Source of the DNA: a virus
DNA length: 64,000 nt
Reading direction: 5' to 3' (one strand)
Virus record (IMG/VR): IMGVR_UViG_3300035670_000169
Location: 5,304 to 69,303 of that record
Shown here: positions 52,702 to 61,792 of the stretch, one piece after another
How the letters are laid out: each line of letters begins with the position of its first letter
How positions within the stretch are numbered: position 1 is the first letter of the stretch
Translations under genes and position numbers: made by a program
The notes under the pieces: model-generated
What the model was told of the DNA's origin: nothing
The model's database searches: none
What the model saw: only the letters and a program-made list of their open reading frames with translations

Positions 52702-53395
52702 TTAATTTAACTAAGTCGTTTTTCATTCCGCCCTCCCAGATCTTTAGCAACGCTGATCTGATGTCTATTGGTCCATCTAGACGAACATTGTACTTTGCCA
52801 TCAGAACCTTGAAGTTGTTTATGTCAGACTCTATTACACCGCTGACAAAACCTTCTTTGCTTGTGGTTGACATCTCTGTGTGCATCTCTATGGTAAGACT
52901 CTTCGGGGAATCAAAGTTCAACCCCAAAACATCGTCGCCAAACCACACTCTAAATTCATCTGGTATCATAACGTAGTTGGATCGCTTCATATACATAAGT
53001 ACACCCCAACCACTACCAACGTGCTTCCCATCTGTGATGTATGTCTCATCACCCATGTACATAAAAGACTCTGGGTGGATCCCTATGATCGATTCGCCTA
53101 TGTTGTCTATAACTGCTTTGTTTGCCAGCTTGCAGTCAAACGTTATATCGTCATTGCATATGGCGATATACTCTGATTTTGCAACTGAAGCACCTAGATT
53201 CCATGCTGGGTTGACATATATGTTCTTTTCCTGTGGGAGGTAGACAATCTTCTTGAAGCCAGAGATATCATACGTCTTTGTAGTGTCGTTGTCTATTAAA
53301 ATAACTTCGGACACCATGTCATCCTCTTCATATCTGTGGAGCATCTCAAGAATTCTGAGGGATCTCCACATAGTCGGGATTATATAGCTAATCAT
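52691..53395 (-). CDS. GT-A glycosyltransferase (GT2)
   Basis: IIPT, VILIDN, AWNLG, ICNDD, WFGDD. Confidence 0.85.
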   Translation of the reverse strand: MISYIIPTMWRSLRILEMLHRYEEDDMVSEVILIDNDTTKTYDISGFKKIVYLPQEKNIYVNPAWNLGASVAKSEYIAICNDDITFDCKLANKAVIDNIGESIIGIHPESFMYMGDETYITDGKHVGSGWGVLMYMKRSNYVMIPDEFRVWFGDDVLGLNFDSPKSLTIEMHTEMSTTSKEGFVSGVIESDINNFKVLMAKYNVRLDGPIDIRSALLKIWEGGMKNDLVKLNEQ

Positions 53396-54516
53396 TTTTC
53401 TTCGCAGTAGTGGCTATAGTTCTTTTGAATACGTTGCTTCTCATTGTCTGGTAGGGCCTCGTATATATCAGTCTTAAAAAACTGCTCCATATTTGTTTTT
53501 GCCAATTCTCTCTGACCAACATAATAAGCAGCCATACAGTACTCGTCTAAAAACATCCACTCATGTATTGGCTTCTCGTAAAATAAAGTGTCCTTTCCTG
53601 GATAGTTCGTAAAGTTCTGCATAGCCATGTTGGCGTATGTAAAGCCAAGGACATGCCTTTTATTTAGGCGTAAGATGCGGGCAAGGTGATATGCCGCCTC
53701 AAGTCTAAATGGTCTATTTTCCCACGCCTTGCTAAACGCATCGATTAGGACCTCATCTTTTTTCTTTAACTCCATGAGGCACAGGGCAATCTTATAGTGG
53801 CTTATGTATACCTCCTCATTCCACCCACCCATAGTAGTTCTCTTCTTGTATGCCTCTATTGCCTTTGCGTATTGTTGTGAATCAAAGTAAGACTGACCTA
53901 GGTAGAACATATACCTGCTGTTGTTTGGATCTTCTTTTACAGCCTTAGCAAGTATTCTGGCATCGTTGGCGTACTTTTCTTTCTGCGATTTAGCCCGCTT
54001 GAGTGGGGATATGCATGCGTGTATTACGCACCCATTAACCATCCCAAGATTAGGGGTCTGTTTGTTCTTCGGAAATGGATATTCGTGCAGCACGCCTACA
54101 AACTCCCAATCCTCATCAGACTTTATAAGCATACATCTATTGTACGATATACCACCAAGCTGAAGGTTTATTCCGAATCCAGACTTAGACGGGTCAAGAT
54201 CTTCAAATGGATTGTCAACAAAAGATTCAAACGTATCGTCTGCATCCATAACCAACCTATAGTCACACTTGCCCTTTGCTAGTTCAAGACTTTCGGTTCT
54301 GTTGTGACCAAAATTCACCCACTTTCTTTCATGAATTTCTCCCTCTAGCCCAAGCCCTTCAGCAACCTCTTTGATCTTTGCTATTGTGTTGTCTTTAGAC
54401 CCAGTATCAACAATTACATAGTAGTCGATATATTTTCTGAGACTAGTGATGCACTTTTCAATCGTGTCCTCCTCATCTTTTACTATCATGACGAGGCATA
54501 TAGTATTTTTTTTCAC
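53392..54516 (-). CDS. GT2 glycosyltransferase with a C-terminal TPR domain (peptide/protein GT type)
   Basis: ICLVMIVKDEE, VDTGSKDNT, MDADD, GVLHE; TPR helices FYLGQSYFD. Confidence 0.9.
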   Translation of the reverse strand: MKKNTICLVMIVKDEEDTIEKCITSLRKYIDYYVIVDTGSKDNTIAKIKEVAEGLGLEGEIHERKWVNFGHNRTESLELAKGKCDYRLVMDADDTFESFVDNPFEDLDPSKSGFGINLQLGGISYNRCMLIKSDEDWEFVGVLHEYPFPKNKQTPNLGMVNGCVIHACISPLKRAKSQKEKYANDARILAKAVKEDPNNSRYMFYLGQSYFDSQQYAKAIEAYKKRTTMGGWNEEVYISHYKIALCLMELKKKDEVLIDAFSKAWENRPFRLEAAYHLARILRLNKRHVLGFTYANMAMQNFTNYPGKDTLFYEKPIHEWMFLDEYCMAAYYVGQRELAKTNMEQFFKTDIYEALPDNEKQRIQKNYSHYCEEK

Positions 54517-54527
54517 TGATATTTTAA

Positions 54528-55175
54528 TTAAAGATTTACTTCATAAGAATCTCTTAAGTGCCAGTTTGCTTTTATCTTATAGAGATCAATGCATTCATGG
54601 TATTCTATAATTCTTTGAACACCATTTCCATACACATCACTAGGACCGTGTGTAACTGGAGCCTCCTTGCAATATGCTTTTGACTTGTATTCATTTATTA
54701 AAAAGTCCTCCCACTTTACATTTAATTTTTTGTAATTCTGTATTGATTGTTCAGAATAGTCAATATTTTTTTTATCAAGTATTGACTGCTTTTTTTCTTG
54801 TATTAGTTTGTCTGAATACATCCCCATATTACTACTCATCCCAACATAAATAGGGGTGGCTAACTGATCCTTGTCAAAGTCTTTTATTTTAGAATAAAAC
54901 TCTTTTCCAATAAAAACAGTATCGTGAATAACAAACCAATGGTCGGACTTTAGATCAAGTTCAACAATGCCAATTAGGCAAGTAAAATCTATTGAGTTGT
55001 TATCACACTTATACACATTGACTCCATCGTCAACAAATAAGTCATACTTTTCATATCCACCAACAAAAAAGTAAATGTCTTCTCTGTTAACACCAGATTC
55101 AACTAGTCCGTCAACAACTTCGTTGTATGTAGACCCAAAATACTTCTTGTTTGAGTTTACGGCTATTTTAATCAT
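54528..55175 (-). CDS. putative GT-A fold glycosyltransferase
   Basis: NNSIDFT...WFVIHDTV (HDT metal-binding-like motif), located in the GT cluster. Confidence 0.55.
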   Translation of the reverse strand: MIKIAVNSNKKYFGSTYNEVVDGLVESGVNREDIYFFVGGYEKYDLFVDDGVNVYKCDNNSIDFTCLIGIVELDLKSDHWFVIHDTVFIGKEFYSKIKDFDKDQLATPIYVGMSSNMGMYSDKLIQEKKQSILDKKNIDYSEQSIQNYKKLNVKWEDFLINEYKSKAYCKEAPVTHGPSDVYGNGVQRIIEYHECIDLYKIKANWHLRDSYEVNL

Positions 55176-55498
55176 TTCCTGAATTTCTCTGCGAATCCAG
55201 CCGAATAGTCTCTATCCTCTTTGGCAAGACCGTTTTCAGCCATCTGTTTCTTCATCTCATCAAGTTCTGCGTACTTCCTGATCAGCTCCTGACAGTCTAC
55301 AGCCGTCTGTTTAATCGCCTGTAGCTCTGCTTTTCTGGCCGCACCCCCCGCTTCTGGGTCAACAGGCTTCCTGATCTCATCGATCATATTGTTTATAGCC
55401 TCCTGCATGCTGGACATAAGACGATCTATGGCGTCTACCGTGTCAAATCTCGACGTAGAGGAGGTCTTCAGTTCTGGTTCTGTAGTATTCCTTGCCAT
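55172..55498 (-). CDS. helical protein, possible terminase small subunit
   Basis: 108-aa helical protein ending GFAEKF. The assignment is inferred from typical gene order. Confidence 0.4.
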   Translation of the reverse strand: MARNTTEPELKTSSTSRFDTVDAIDRLMSSMQEAINNMIDEIRKPVDPEAGGAARKAELQAIKQTAVDCQELIRKYAELDEMKKQMAENGLAKEDRDYSAGFAEKFRK

Positions 55499-56027
55499 CG
55501 ATCTTGAATCTATAGTCCATATTCTTCCTGAACCCTACGTGGTCACCTACCTTCAGACCCAGATCCTCCAGTTCCTGTGACAAGAACGCTACACTTCCCT
55601 TTGTTGGGAGCGGTTCCTCCAGAACCACCAGCTCTATGATGTCCGACTTGAGTTTTGGCTCTTCGTGAACAGCCTCCAACACCGCCCACCCAGACATAGG
55701 GTGTATGTCCCCAGTCTCAGAGCACTTGTATGCTATGCACTGACTGTTTATCGTCTCCTTCTTCTGATACTTTACGAGGTAGTGGTCCTTGATATCAGCG
55801 AGAATCTGACCATCGTTGATCACAACGAGATGGTGGAAGTACAGTATGTCCCCCTTCTTTGCTCCTCCATCGTACTTGTATGGGACATTGACTATAACCC
55901 CTTCATTCACCCTGTGCTTGAACTCGTCAAATTTGGTGTCTACGTAGAGTTCTTGACCATTGGATAGGGTAACCGTGTCATTGAAACGCTTTTCAATGAA
56001 CACGATAAAATTATCTAGTGACATCAT
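55443..56027 (-). CDS. groES: GroES-like co-chaperonin (tandem Cpn10-like domains)
   Basis: TLSNGQELYV..GVIVNVP..KKGDILYFHH and LKVGDHVGF...IDGKEYYR...DLL. Confidence 0.75.
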   Translation of the reverse strand: MMSLDNFIVFIEKRFNDTVTLSNGQELYVDTKFDEFKHRVNEGVIVNVPYKYDGGAKKGDILYFHHLVVINDGQILADIKDHYLVKYQKKETINSQCIAYKCSETGDIHPMSGWAVLEAVHEEPKLKSDIIELVVLEEPLPTKGSVAFLSQELEDLGLKVGDHVGFRKNMDYRFKIDGKEYYRTRTEDLLYVEI

Positions 56028-56176
56028 CTCTTTCTGTATGGGAACTTCACGTTGAGGACCTCTCTCCTCTTGCTGCACCCACACTCCTCACCAACAACTT
56101 TGTGCACTAGCTTATCTATGCCAGTAGCGTTGGTGATTTTGGCGATAGTATCGCCGAGACCTTTGCTTTCCTCCAT
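56024..56176 (-). CDS. 50-aa conserved protein (MEESKGLGDTIAKIT...ECGCSKRREVLNVKFPY)
   Basis: Translated by hand. GLGD..CGC..R...LN motif; ATGA coupling to groES. Confidence 0.7.
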   Translation of the reverse strand: MEESKGLGDTIAKITNATGIDKLVHKVVGEECGCSKRREVLNVKFPYRKR

Positions 56177-56178
56177 GA

Positions 56179-56427
56179 TTAAAAGTTCAAATCGTATTCA
56201 ATTATGCAGGGCATCTCCTCTATAGTCTTCCAAACTATTTGTGATTTGTCTTGCTGTTGCAAATATACATGGTATCGTGTTCTTTGGAACCTGTACATAT
56301 ATTCTTCGTCGAATACAATTGCAGTTACTGGGAGCCTGTTCTTCTCACCGACATACATCCCAACGAAGTATGCCATAGCGTTCTTTGGGTCCTTCCCAAT
56401 AACTATCTTCCTTATAAGTCCATCCAT
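56179..56427 (-). CDS. conserved hypothetical protein
   Basis: LIRKIVIGKDPKNAMAYFVG...MPCIIEYDLNF. Confidence 0.7.
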   Translation of the reverse strand: MDGLIRKIVIGKDPKNAMAYFVGMYVGEKNRLPVTAIVFDEEYMYRFQRTRYHVYLQQQDKSQIVWKTIEEMPCIIEYDLNF

Positions 56428-56729
56428 TAGTTCAATGATATTCCAAGGGGGTCCAAGAGATCATTCAACCCCTTGTCCATCCTGCTGTTGTTAAATGTGT
56501 CGTACATGTTGTACACCATCGTATCCAAGTCCTCGTCGTCACCGAGGTTAAAGCAGAAGAATGCGTTGTGTGCAACATCGTCATCATCCCTGTAGATCTC
56601 GACACCAACACCACATGCCATGATAACCTCGTCCCGCAGGTTATATTTGTCTATCAGAGCATCAAGACTCTTCAGTATTTTTGATGCATCCCTGATAAAA
56701 GCATTCTTCAACTTATCTTCACTATTCAT
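56427..56729 (-). CDS. hypothetical acidic protein
   Basis: 100-aa ORF coupled (TAATG) to the next gene. Confidence 0.6.
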   Translation of the reverse strand: MNSEDKLKNAFIRDASKILKSLDALIDKYNLRDEVIMACGVGVEIYRDDDDVAHNAFFCFNLGDDEDLDTMVYNMYDTFNNSRMDKGLNDLLDPLGISLN

Positions 56730-57162
56730 GGCAGTTAAGGTTTCGAGGGTTAAACGAGAGAGTATGTTCAGGGATTTCCTGCCTAAAGATAAGAAGTACA
56801 GGCCGAAGAATCCGATGAAGAACTACAGGGTAGTTACAAACAAGTACTGTAAGAAATATACCCTAAGTCAGCCCATGCTTATGTTTATGGTGTGGGCATA
56901 TGACCTAGAGTTCTTTACGCTAGACTACGCGTCCAAGCAGATGAAGTGGAACAAGGGGATCATGTTCAGGAGATGCCTGACCCCTCTGAAGGCAAAGAAC
57001 TTTGTGTACAAGTACTTTGATAAGCTGACACCATCGAACAACTATACTGCCAGCATGTTTCGGGAGGAGTATAAGATGAACTATAGGGTTCGATACGCCC
57101 TGACTGCTGAGGCTGTCCAAATAGTAAAGGAGTACTACAAGGAGCTTGCATCCAAGTTATAG
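56728..57162 (+). CDS. winged-helix-like DNA-binding protein; lone + strand gene in the late region
   Basis: Basic 144 aa with a MarR-like ending RVRYALTAEAVQIV; occupies a gap between - strand genes. Confidence 0.65.
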   Translation: MAVKVSRVKRESMFRDFLPKDKKYRPKNPMKNYRVVTNKYCKKYTLSQPMLMFMVWAYDLEFFTLDYASKQMKWNKGIMFRRCLTPLKAKNFVYKYFDKLTPSNNYTASMFREEYKMNYRVRYALTAEAVQIVKEYYKELASKL

Positions 57163-57408
57163 GCCCTCGACACGCAAGTTGTTCTTCCCTGTGTATATGG
57201 CTGCCATACCACCCTTTCCAGGCACAACGCGGCGACCTCTGTTCTGCTTGTCTGCCTCTTCGATCTTGCGTCTGTTTTCCTTTATTTCCACCTGACGTGG
57301 GGTAAGGCGGTCTGTTGCATTGTCCCAAGCCTTTTTCTCTTTCTTGAGTCTTTCCTCTCTGGTCTCCTTTACCTGGCCACCAGATCCGTATTTCTTCATA
57401 CACTTCAT
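57157..57408 (-). CDS. small basic protein (MKCMKKYGSGG...)
   Basis: 83-aa ORF; TATATTAG box 4 nt upstream. Confidence 0.6.
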   Translation of the reverse strand: MKCMKKYGSGGQVKETREERLKKEKKAWDNATDRLTPRQVEIKENRRKIEEADKQNRGRRVVPGKGGMAAIYTGKNNLRVEGL

Positions 57409-57423
57409 GATGCTAATATAATA

Positions 57424-57552
57424 TTATCTTCCCTGACCCCTGTATTTCTTCTCGTAGACCTTAGAGGATGGGTTGCTAGATGATGATTTAGAATGCTTTC
57501 CGTGGGTCTTCTTGCTGTTGAGTGTGACCTTAGATGATGATGACTTAGCCAT
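57424..57552 (-). CDS. 42-aa Ser/Lys-rich protein ending KKYRGQGR
   Basis: Translated by hand. The YRGQG ending is a recurrent small phage protein motif. Confidence 0.7.
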   Translation of the reverse strand: MAKSSSSKVTLNSKKTHGKHSKSSSSNPSSKVYEKKYRGQGR

Positions 57553-58009
57553 TATAGTTAGTGTATACTGTTCTTCCTTTACTCTTGAATGCCTTTAGAA
57601 CCTGGTTTCTGTTCTTGTCTTTGTTGTACGACACGTGCACCCAGTCTGGATTCTTGTCTGTACCGAACTCCCAGATCAGCTGATCGAACTTCAGCTCTTT
57701 CTTGATGAAGTCAAAAATCTCTTTGTTTGTGACGCCACCGTAAATATCTCCATCAATGTCGAGCGCACGCCCTTCCATGTGATCGGAGGTCTTTGACCCC
57801 CCGACTGCATCGTTGAGTCTTTTGCATCTGAAACCTGAGGAGATGCCGATCGGCGCATCAAAGTGTTCTCGTAGGGGCTGAAATACATTTTCTGCTATAT
57901 ATATAAGGTTCTGTATCTGTTCCTCGTTGGGTATGTTCTTTATACCCTTCTGTATAGCCGTCTGAGATTTAATTACCTCCTGAAGGCTAAGGTTCTTGCT
58001 TAGGTTCAT
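57545..58009 (-). CDS. endolysin, peptidase M15A (D-Ala-D-Ala carboxypeptidase-like)
   Basis: ISSGFRC..LN.AVGGSKTSDHMEGRALDI...WVHVSY. Confidence 0.9.
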   Translation of the reverse strand: MNLSKNLSLQEVIKSQTAIQKGIKNIPNEEQIQNLIYIAENVFQPLREHFDAPIGISSGFRCKRLNDAVGGSKTSDHMEGRALDIDGDIYGGVTNKEIFDFIKKELKFDQLIWEFGTDKNPDWVHVSYNKDKNRNQVLKAFKSKGRTVYTNYNG

Positions 58010-58010
58010 G

Positions 58011-58547
58011 TCAATTATCTTTTTTATATATCCAGCAACCATTCATTACAATGACCTTATCACCGAACACCTCATCAATTGCTTTTACGACCCCAGGCCA
58101 CCACGAAGCATAATCATGACCAGATATATAGCCACCATCTTTTACTTTGGGGAGCCAGGCTTTTACATCAGCTAAAACAGACTCATAATTATGCGTTGCA
58201 TCAATAAACACAACATCGCAAGACTTGTCTTCAAATTGTTTTGAAGCGACAATGCTGTCTGATCTATATGGGGTAAATTCATACCCAGACATGTTGCTTA
58301 AGAATATCTCATATATATCTGTCTCTGTTGCGAGTTTGTGATAGGTATCAAGCTCATCTGGGCTTCCTTTCCACGTATCAACAATATGAATTTTTTTATC
58401 GCCTGCCTTGCTGCACAAATATGAACTACTCTTACCAAGCCACGCACCTACCTCCACAAAAACACCCCCTTCTGGAACTGACTCCAACAAGAAATCATAT
58501 GTTTCTTCAAAATCAAACCACCCTTCGATTTCTTTGTAGCTTTTCAT
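58011..58547 (-). CDS. class I SAM-dependent methyltransferase (Methyltransf_24-like)
   Basis: VEVGAWLGKS, VDTW, VFIDATHNYE, GGYISGHDY. Confidence 0.88.
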   Translation of the reverse strand: MKSYKEIEGWFDFEETYDFLLESVPEGGVFVEVGAWLGKSSSYLCSKAGDKKIHIVDTWKGSPDELDTYHKLATETDIYEIFLSNMSGYEFTPYRSDSIVASKQFEDKSCDVVFIDATHNYESVLADVKAWLPKVKDGGYISGHDYASWWPGVVKAIDEVFGDKVIVMNGCWIYKKDN

Positions 58548-58569
58548 GAGATTTTACTGAAAAAATTAA

Positions 58570-58584
58570 GGGGCCAGTGGCCCC
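58570..58584 (-). terminator. hairpin terminator
   Basis: GGGGCC-ACT-GGCCCC followed by TTAATTTTTT on the - strand. Confidence 0.55.
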
Positions 58585-58607
58585 CTAAATTACAACAAAA
58601 CACCCTA

Positions 58608-58853
58608 TTAGTTTTTCTTTTTGCCCTTTGGCGTATTCCACATAGCGGGGTGCTGCTTTGGAGCCGCCTTACGTGGGGTTCTGTTGGCAGCGATGTTTGC
58701 GCTACCCCTTTCGTTTGTACGCATAGCGGGATGCTGATTAGGTGCTCCAGCACCCAATGCTTCCCCTACTTTCTTGGCTGCTCTTCTGAGTGCCTGACCC
58801 ACTCTAGTTGGGGTCTTTCCCCGCATAGCGGGGTGTTTTGGTTTTGAGTTCAT
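58608..58853 (-). CDS. small basic protein with three HPAM repeats
   Basis: KHPAMR, QHPAMR, QHPAMW. Confidence 0.6.
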   Translation of the reverse strand: MNSKPKHPAMRGKTPTRVGQALRRAAKKVGEALGAGAPNQHPAMRTNERGSANIAANRTPRKAAPKQHPAMWNTPKGKKKN

Positions 58854-58857
58854 GATA

Positions 58858-59139
58858 TTATAGGAATCTAGGATTTGCTGGTCGAAGGTCTCTTTTTTTA
58901 GCAGCCCTCATTTGCTTCTTCTCTTCTCTACGTTCTTTAAATGATGGTTTGTCTGGCTTCACCATTCGGCTTCTGTCGAACTGTGCTCTTGTTCCAAGTG
59001 ATCCAGCCTGTTGTCCACTTCTAGACTGGCCAGGAGAGTTGTCTGGCTGACCACCACCCCATGCCTTGGGTCCCTTGCAGGACTTATCCATCTTTCCTTT
59101 TCCAGGGGGCCAGTCGTTATCAGACTTCATGCATTTCAT
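58858..59139 (-). CDS. small basic disordered protein (MKCMKS...)
   Basis: 93-aa ORF; TATATTTA box 4 nt upstream. Confidence 0.6.
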   Translation of the reverse strand: MKCMKSDNDWPPGKGKMDKSCKGPKAWGGGQPDNSPGQSRSGQQAGSLGTRAQFDRSRMVKPDKPSFKERREEKKQMRAAKKRDLRPANPRFL

Positions 59140-59160
59140 GTTGTAAATATATAAAACAGT

Positions 59161-60042
59161 TTAGTATCTGTTCATGAGATCCAGCATTGCAGATCTGTAC
59201 TCTGGGTTGTCAAGAAACTGTCGTCCTGGGATCCCAAGAAGACCGAGGACACTCATGATGTCTTTGCTTTCTATATCACTACCTCTATACTGATCTTGTG
59301 CGAACAGGTACATATTGTCCAGATCTTCATCTGTTATTGGGCCCTCCCCAATCACCCCAGCCTCTTGCATAGCCATCTTTGCCCCCATTACCTTGGCTTC
59401 CATTTCAAATGGATCGAAATAGTAGTCCCATTCTTGACCACTGGTATCTACCCCCATTTGTTCATATCCACGTCTAAGTTTCCGTATCATCTTATCATAG
59501 CCAGCCTCCCCAGTTATTGGGGTATCCTGTTGCATAGAATGTATCTTCTCTTCGCTTCTTAGCAAAGGCATCTCAGATCCTTCTGGGCTTAGGTTTATAT
59601 ACTTACGTGGCACGAGCGATCCTCGTTCTTCACGGAGTCTGTCCTTTCTTCCAAGGAAACCACCTGGCATCGTATTAGATGAGCCGTAATACATCTCCGA
59701 ATCGGCTCGTTCTGGTGGAGTTGTATACCCAGCCGCCATCCCTGGACGAGTTGGGAATATGTATGCCTTTACTTCGTCAGGCAGTTTAGCCCTCGATTCT
59801 TCGGGGGTCATGTTGTACTTCTTGGCGAGGTAATTAACTACATCATCGTAACCAACTGAACTCAGTCTAGAAGGCGCTCTCTCTAGATTCATCTTTGCCT
59901 CCATATACGGGGTGAGCTTCTCCATCACACTTCTCTCGCGAAGCTGAGGGCGCTCTGTAGGAATCTGTTTTGCTGGTTGTGGGTTCAACGGATGTATATC
60001 GTCTGGGTTACCAGAAACCCCGCCCCTCTTGTATGTCTTCAT
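59161..60042 (-). CDS. putative virion cargo protein with a degenerate zincin-like motif
   Basis: N-terminal YKRGG; EEKIHSMQ...YYFDPFEMEA. Confidence 0.5.
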   Translation of the reverse strand: MKTYKRGGVSGNPDDIHPLNPQPAKQIPTERPQLRERSVMEKLTPYMEAKMNLERAPSRLSSVGYDDVVNYLAKKYNMTPEESRAKLPDEVKAYIFPTRPGMAAGYTTPPERADSEMYYGSSNTMPGGFLGRKDRLREERGSLVPRKYINLSPEGSEMPLLRSEEKIHSMQQDTPITGEAGYDKMIRKLRRGYEQMGVDTSGQEWDYYFDPFEMEAKVMGAKMAMQEAGVIGEGPITDEDLDNMYLFAQDQYRGSDIESKDIMSVLGLLGIPGRQFLDNPEYRSAMLDLMNRY

Positions 60043-60054
60043 AGTCTGTTTGTT

Positions 60055-60498
60055 TTATGATGCTGCAAATACCTCCAGTATAGCCGTCCCAGCACTTGTG
60101 CCAAGGGCCTTTATGGATACTATATTGGCAAGGCTTACATTCTGTTCATTTGTCTCGTCGTTGGCATCCATAGTGCCTGTGTTCAGTATAAACGACTTGC
60201 CCGTATTAAGTCTCACGAAGTACTCTTCGTTTGTACCCCTCACCCGAAGATTGAATGGGTAGTCAGATCCACCAGACGTTATGTTCGTTATACGCAGGTA
60301 CTTTGCGTTTGCAGGGATCACAACAGCCCCAGCGGCAGCACTAGAGAACGAAACAACAGTCACCTCTGACGCGTTTGTGACTGGCATGACCTGATGGTAT
60401 GTGTACGTCACTGATGGGATGGTGTTGACAACGGTACTGCCCCTGTTGGCCCCGTTGATCTCAACCTCCTCGGTTATTGTTACGTTTAGTGTTGCCAT
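60055..60498 (-). CDS. small structural protein (distant paralog of the 37457/37861 pair)
   Basis: MATLNVTITE...KYLRITN...ILEVFAAS; TACATTTG box 4 nt upstream. Confidence 0.6.
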   Translation of the reverse strand: MATLNVTITEEVEINGANRGSTVVNTIPSVTYTYHQVMPVTNASEVTVVSFSSAAAGAVVIPANAKYLRITNITSGGSDYPFNLRVRGTNEEYFVRLNTGKSFILNTGTMDANDETNEQNVSLANIVSIKALGTSAGTAILEVFAAS

Positions 60499-60511
60499 TC
60501 CACAAATGTAA

Positions 60512-60649
60512 TTAAGTTTTTGATTGTCTTGCCTTAGAAGCCTCCACAGCACGTAGCTGCCTCAGGGCCTTCTCCCTTGTCTCGTGTTCCCCAAGCAGTC
60601 TCCCGCTCCTGCTACGCACCTGGAACTTGTTGCCCTTACGCAATATCAT
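60512..60649 (-). CDS. 45-aa basic protein (MILRKGNKFQVRSRSGRLLGEHETREKALRQLRAVEASK...)
   Basis: Translated by hand. Recurrent small phage domain; TAATG coupling to the upstream gene. Confidence 0.65.
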   Translation of the reverse strand: MILRKGNKFQVRSRSGRLLGEHETREKALRQLRAVEASKARQSKT

Positions 60650-60984
60650 TACTTTCTAATTTGCCATTTGCGAAGATAGGGATCCCAGTAGTATTGCCCC
60701 ATCTGTCTCTGACCGTATCTAGACGACTGGTCGGCCTCCATCATAGGCATCGTCCTCTCCCCCAGCCCCAACGTCACCTTAGCCCTGGCCTCCCTGTCCC
60801 CAGTAGACGGATCGTAGCTGTCACTGTAGTCTACCCCCTCAAGAGAAGGACTGCCTCCCCCATACTTACCCTTCAGAGCATCCCACTGCTCCAATATATC
60901 CATCAGAACACCAACATTCCCTCCCCCTACACGCGTTGGGACTATCTCAAACGTCTTACTACTTGGCTTTTTACTGGCTTTCAT
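60649..60984 (-). CDS. hypothetical protein; first gene of the leftward late region
   Basis: 111-aa ORF downstream of the TAGCTTTG box at 61001-61008. Confidence 0.6.
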   Translation of the reverse strand: MKASKKPSSKTFEIVPTRVGGGNVGVLMDILEQWDALKGKYGGGSPSLEGVDYSDSYDPSTGDREARAKVTLGLGERTMPMMEADQSSRYGQRQMGQYYWDPYLRKWQIRK

Positions 60985-61000
60985 GCTAAATATGTGTGGA

Positions 61001-61142
61001 CAAAGCTAACCCGTTTACGAAAATTTACTGTCGTATGCGTCTGTATTGCTGTCTTTGGTTACTTTCCTTTATGGCGCAGCGGGCTCTCAAAAGCCCCGCA
61101 GTCGCCATCGCTTTGAACGTCCGCAAACGCTTAGCAAAGGTA
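61001..61142 (-). promoter_or_regulatory. two leftward Bacteroidota promoters (TAGCTTTG 61001-61008; TACCTTTG 61135-61142)
   Basis: TAnnTTTG matches; the second has TTGAC about 20 nt upstream. Confidence 0.65.
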
Positions 61143-61604
61143 CGAAAAAAAACTGTAAAAGTCAAGTGTTTTTGATCAGCATTGTTAAACACAGACTAAC
61201 AAGGGTAAAATTCACTGTTTTTTGCCCTCGTTAGGGAGACGAGTGTAAAAATTACTCAGAAATATTTGGGGTGGGGATTCTTATGCATGTGCCACCGCCC
61301 CCTATGCGCATCCGAAACGCTTTCCTGCAACCCCGTACCTATTACTTTTAGCATTTTTTGGCATAATATTCAGCATTTAGTTTTAGTTTTCTCGAGCACA
61401 TAACTAACTGATTTTGTTGTTGTTATTCTGGCAGTCGTTAATGGTAACAGAAGGTATTGTTAGTATTGATAAACCCATCCCCACATTATCCCCAAATTCA
61501 ATACAACCACAACAGACCAACTACTTAAACCGATAACTATGTGGTTTACAGGCAATTGACATTCTTTAACAAAATACATTTGGTGGTGTCATCTAGATCC
61601 CTAT

Positions 61605-61696
61605 TCGCTCGCGCATACAGGCGCACACGCACACGTACGCGGGCACGCACACACACGTACGCACGCACAGGTACACACACGGGCATACGCGCAGGC
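61605..61696. repeat. alternating purine-pyrimidine tract (CG/CA/TA-rich)
   Basis: gcgcatacaggcgcacacgcacacgtacgcgggcacgcacacacacgtacgcacgcac... Confidence 0.8.
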
Positions 61697-61760
61697 ATTC
61701 CTATACTTTCGGCCCTGAATGTTAACGGATGTTAACGGAGTGAAAATAGTTCGTTTCAGA

Positions 61761-61792
61761 TTTGGTGGTTTGGAATCGTCGTGATATGTTTG
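61761..61792 (+). promoter_or_regulatory. consensus Bacteroidota promoter TTTG-N20-TATGTTTG (early genes)
   Basis: -33 TTTG at 61761 and -7 TATGTTTG at 61785-61792. Confidence 0.8.
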
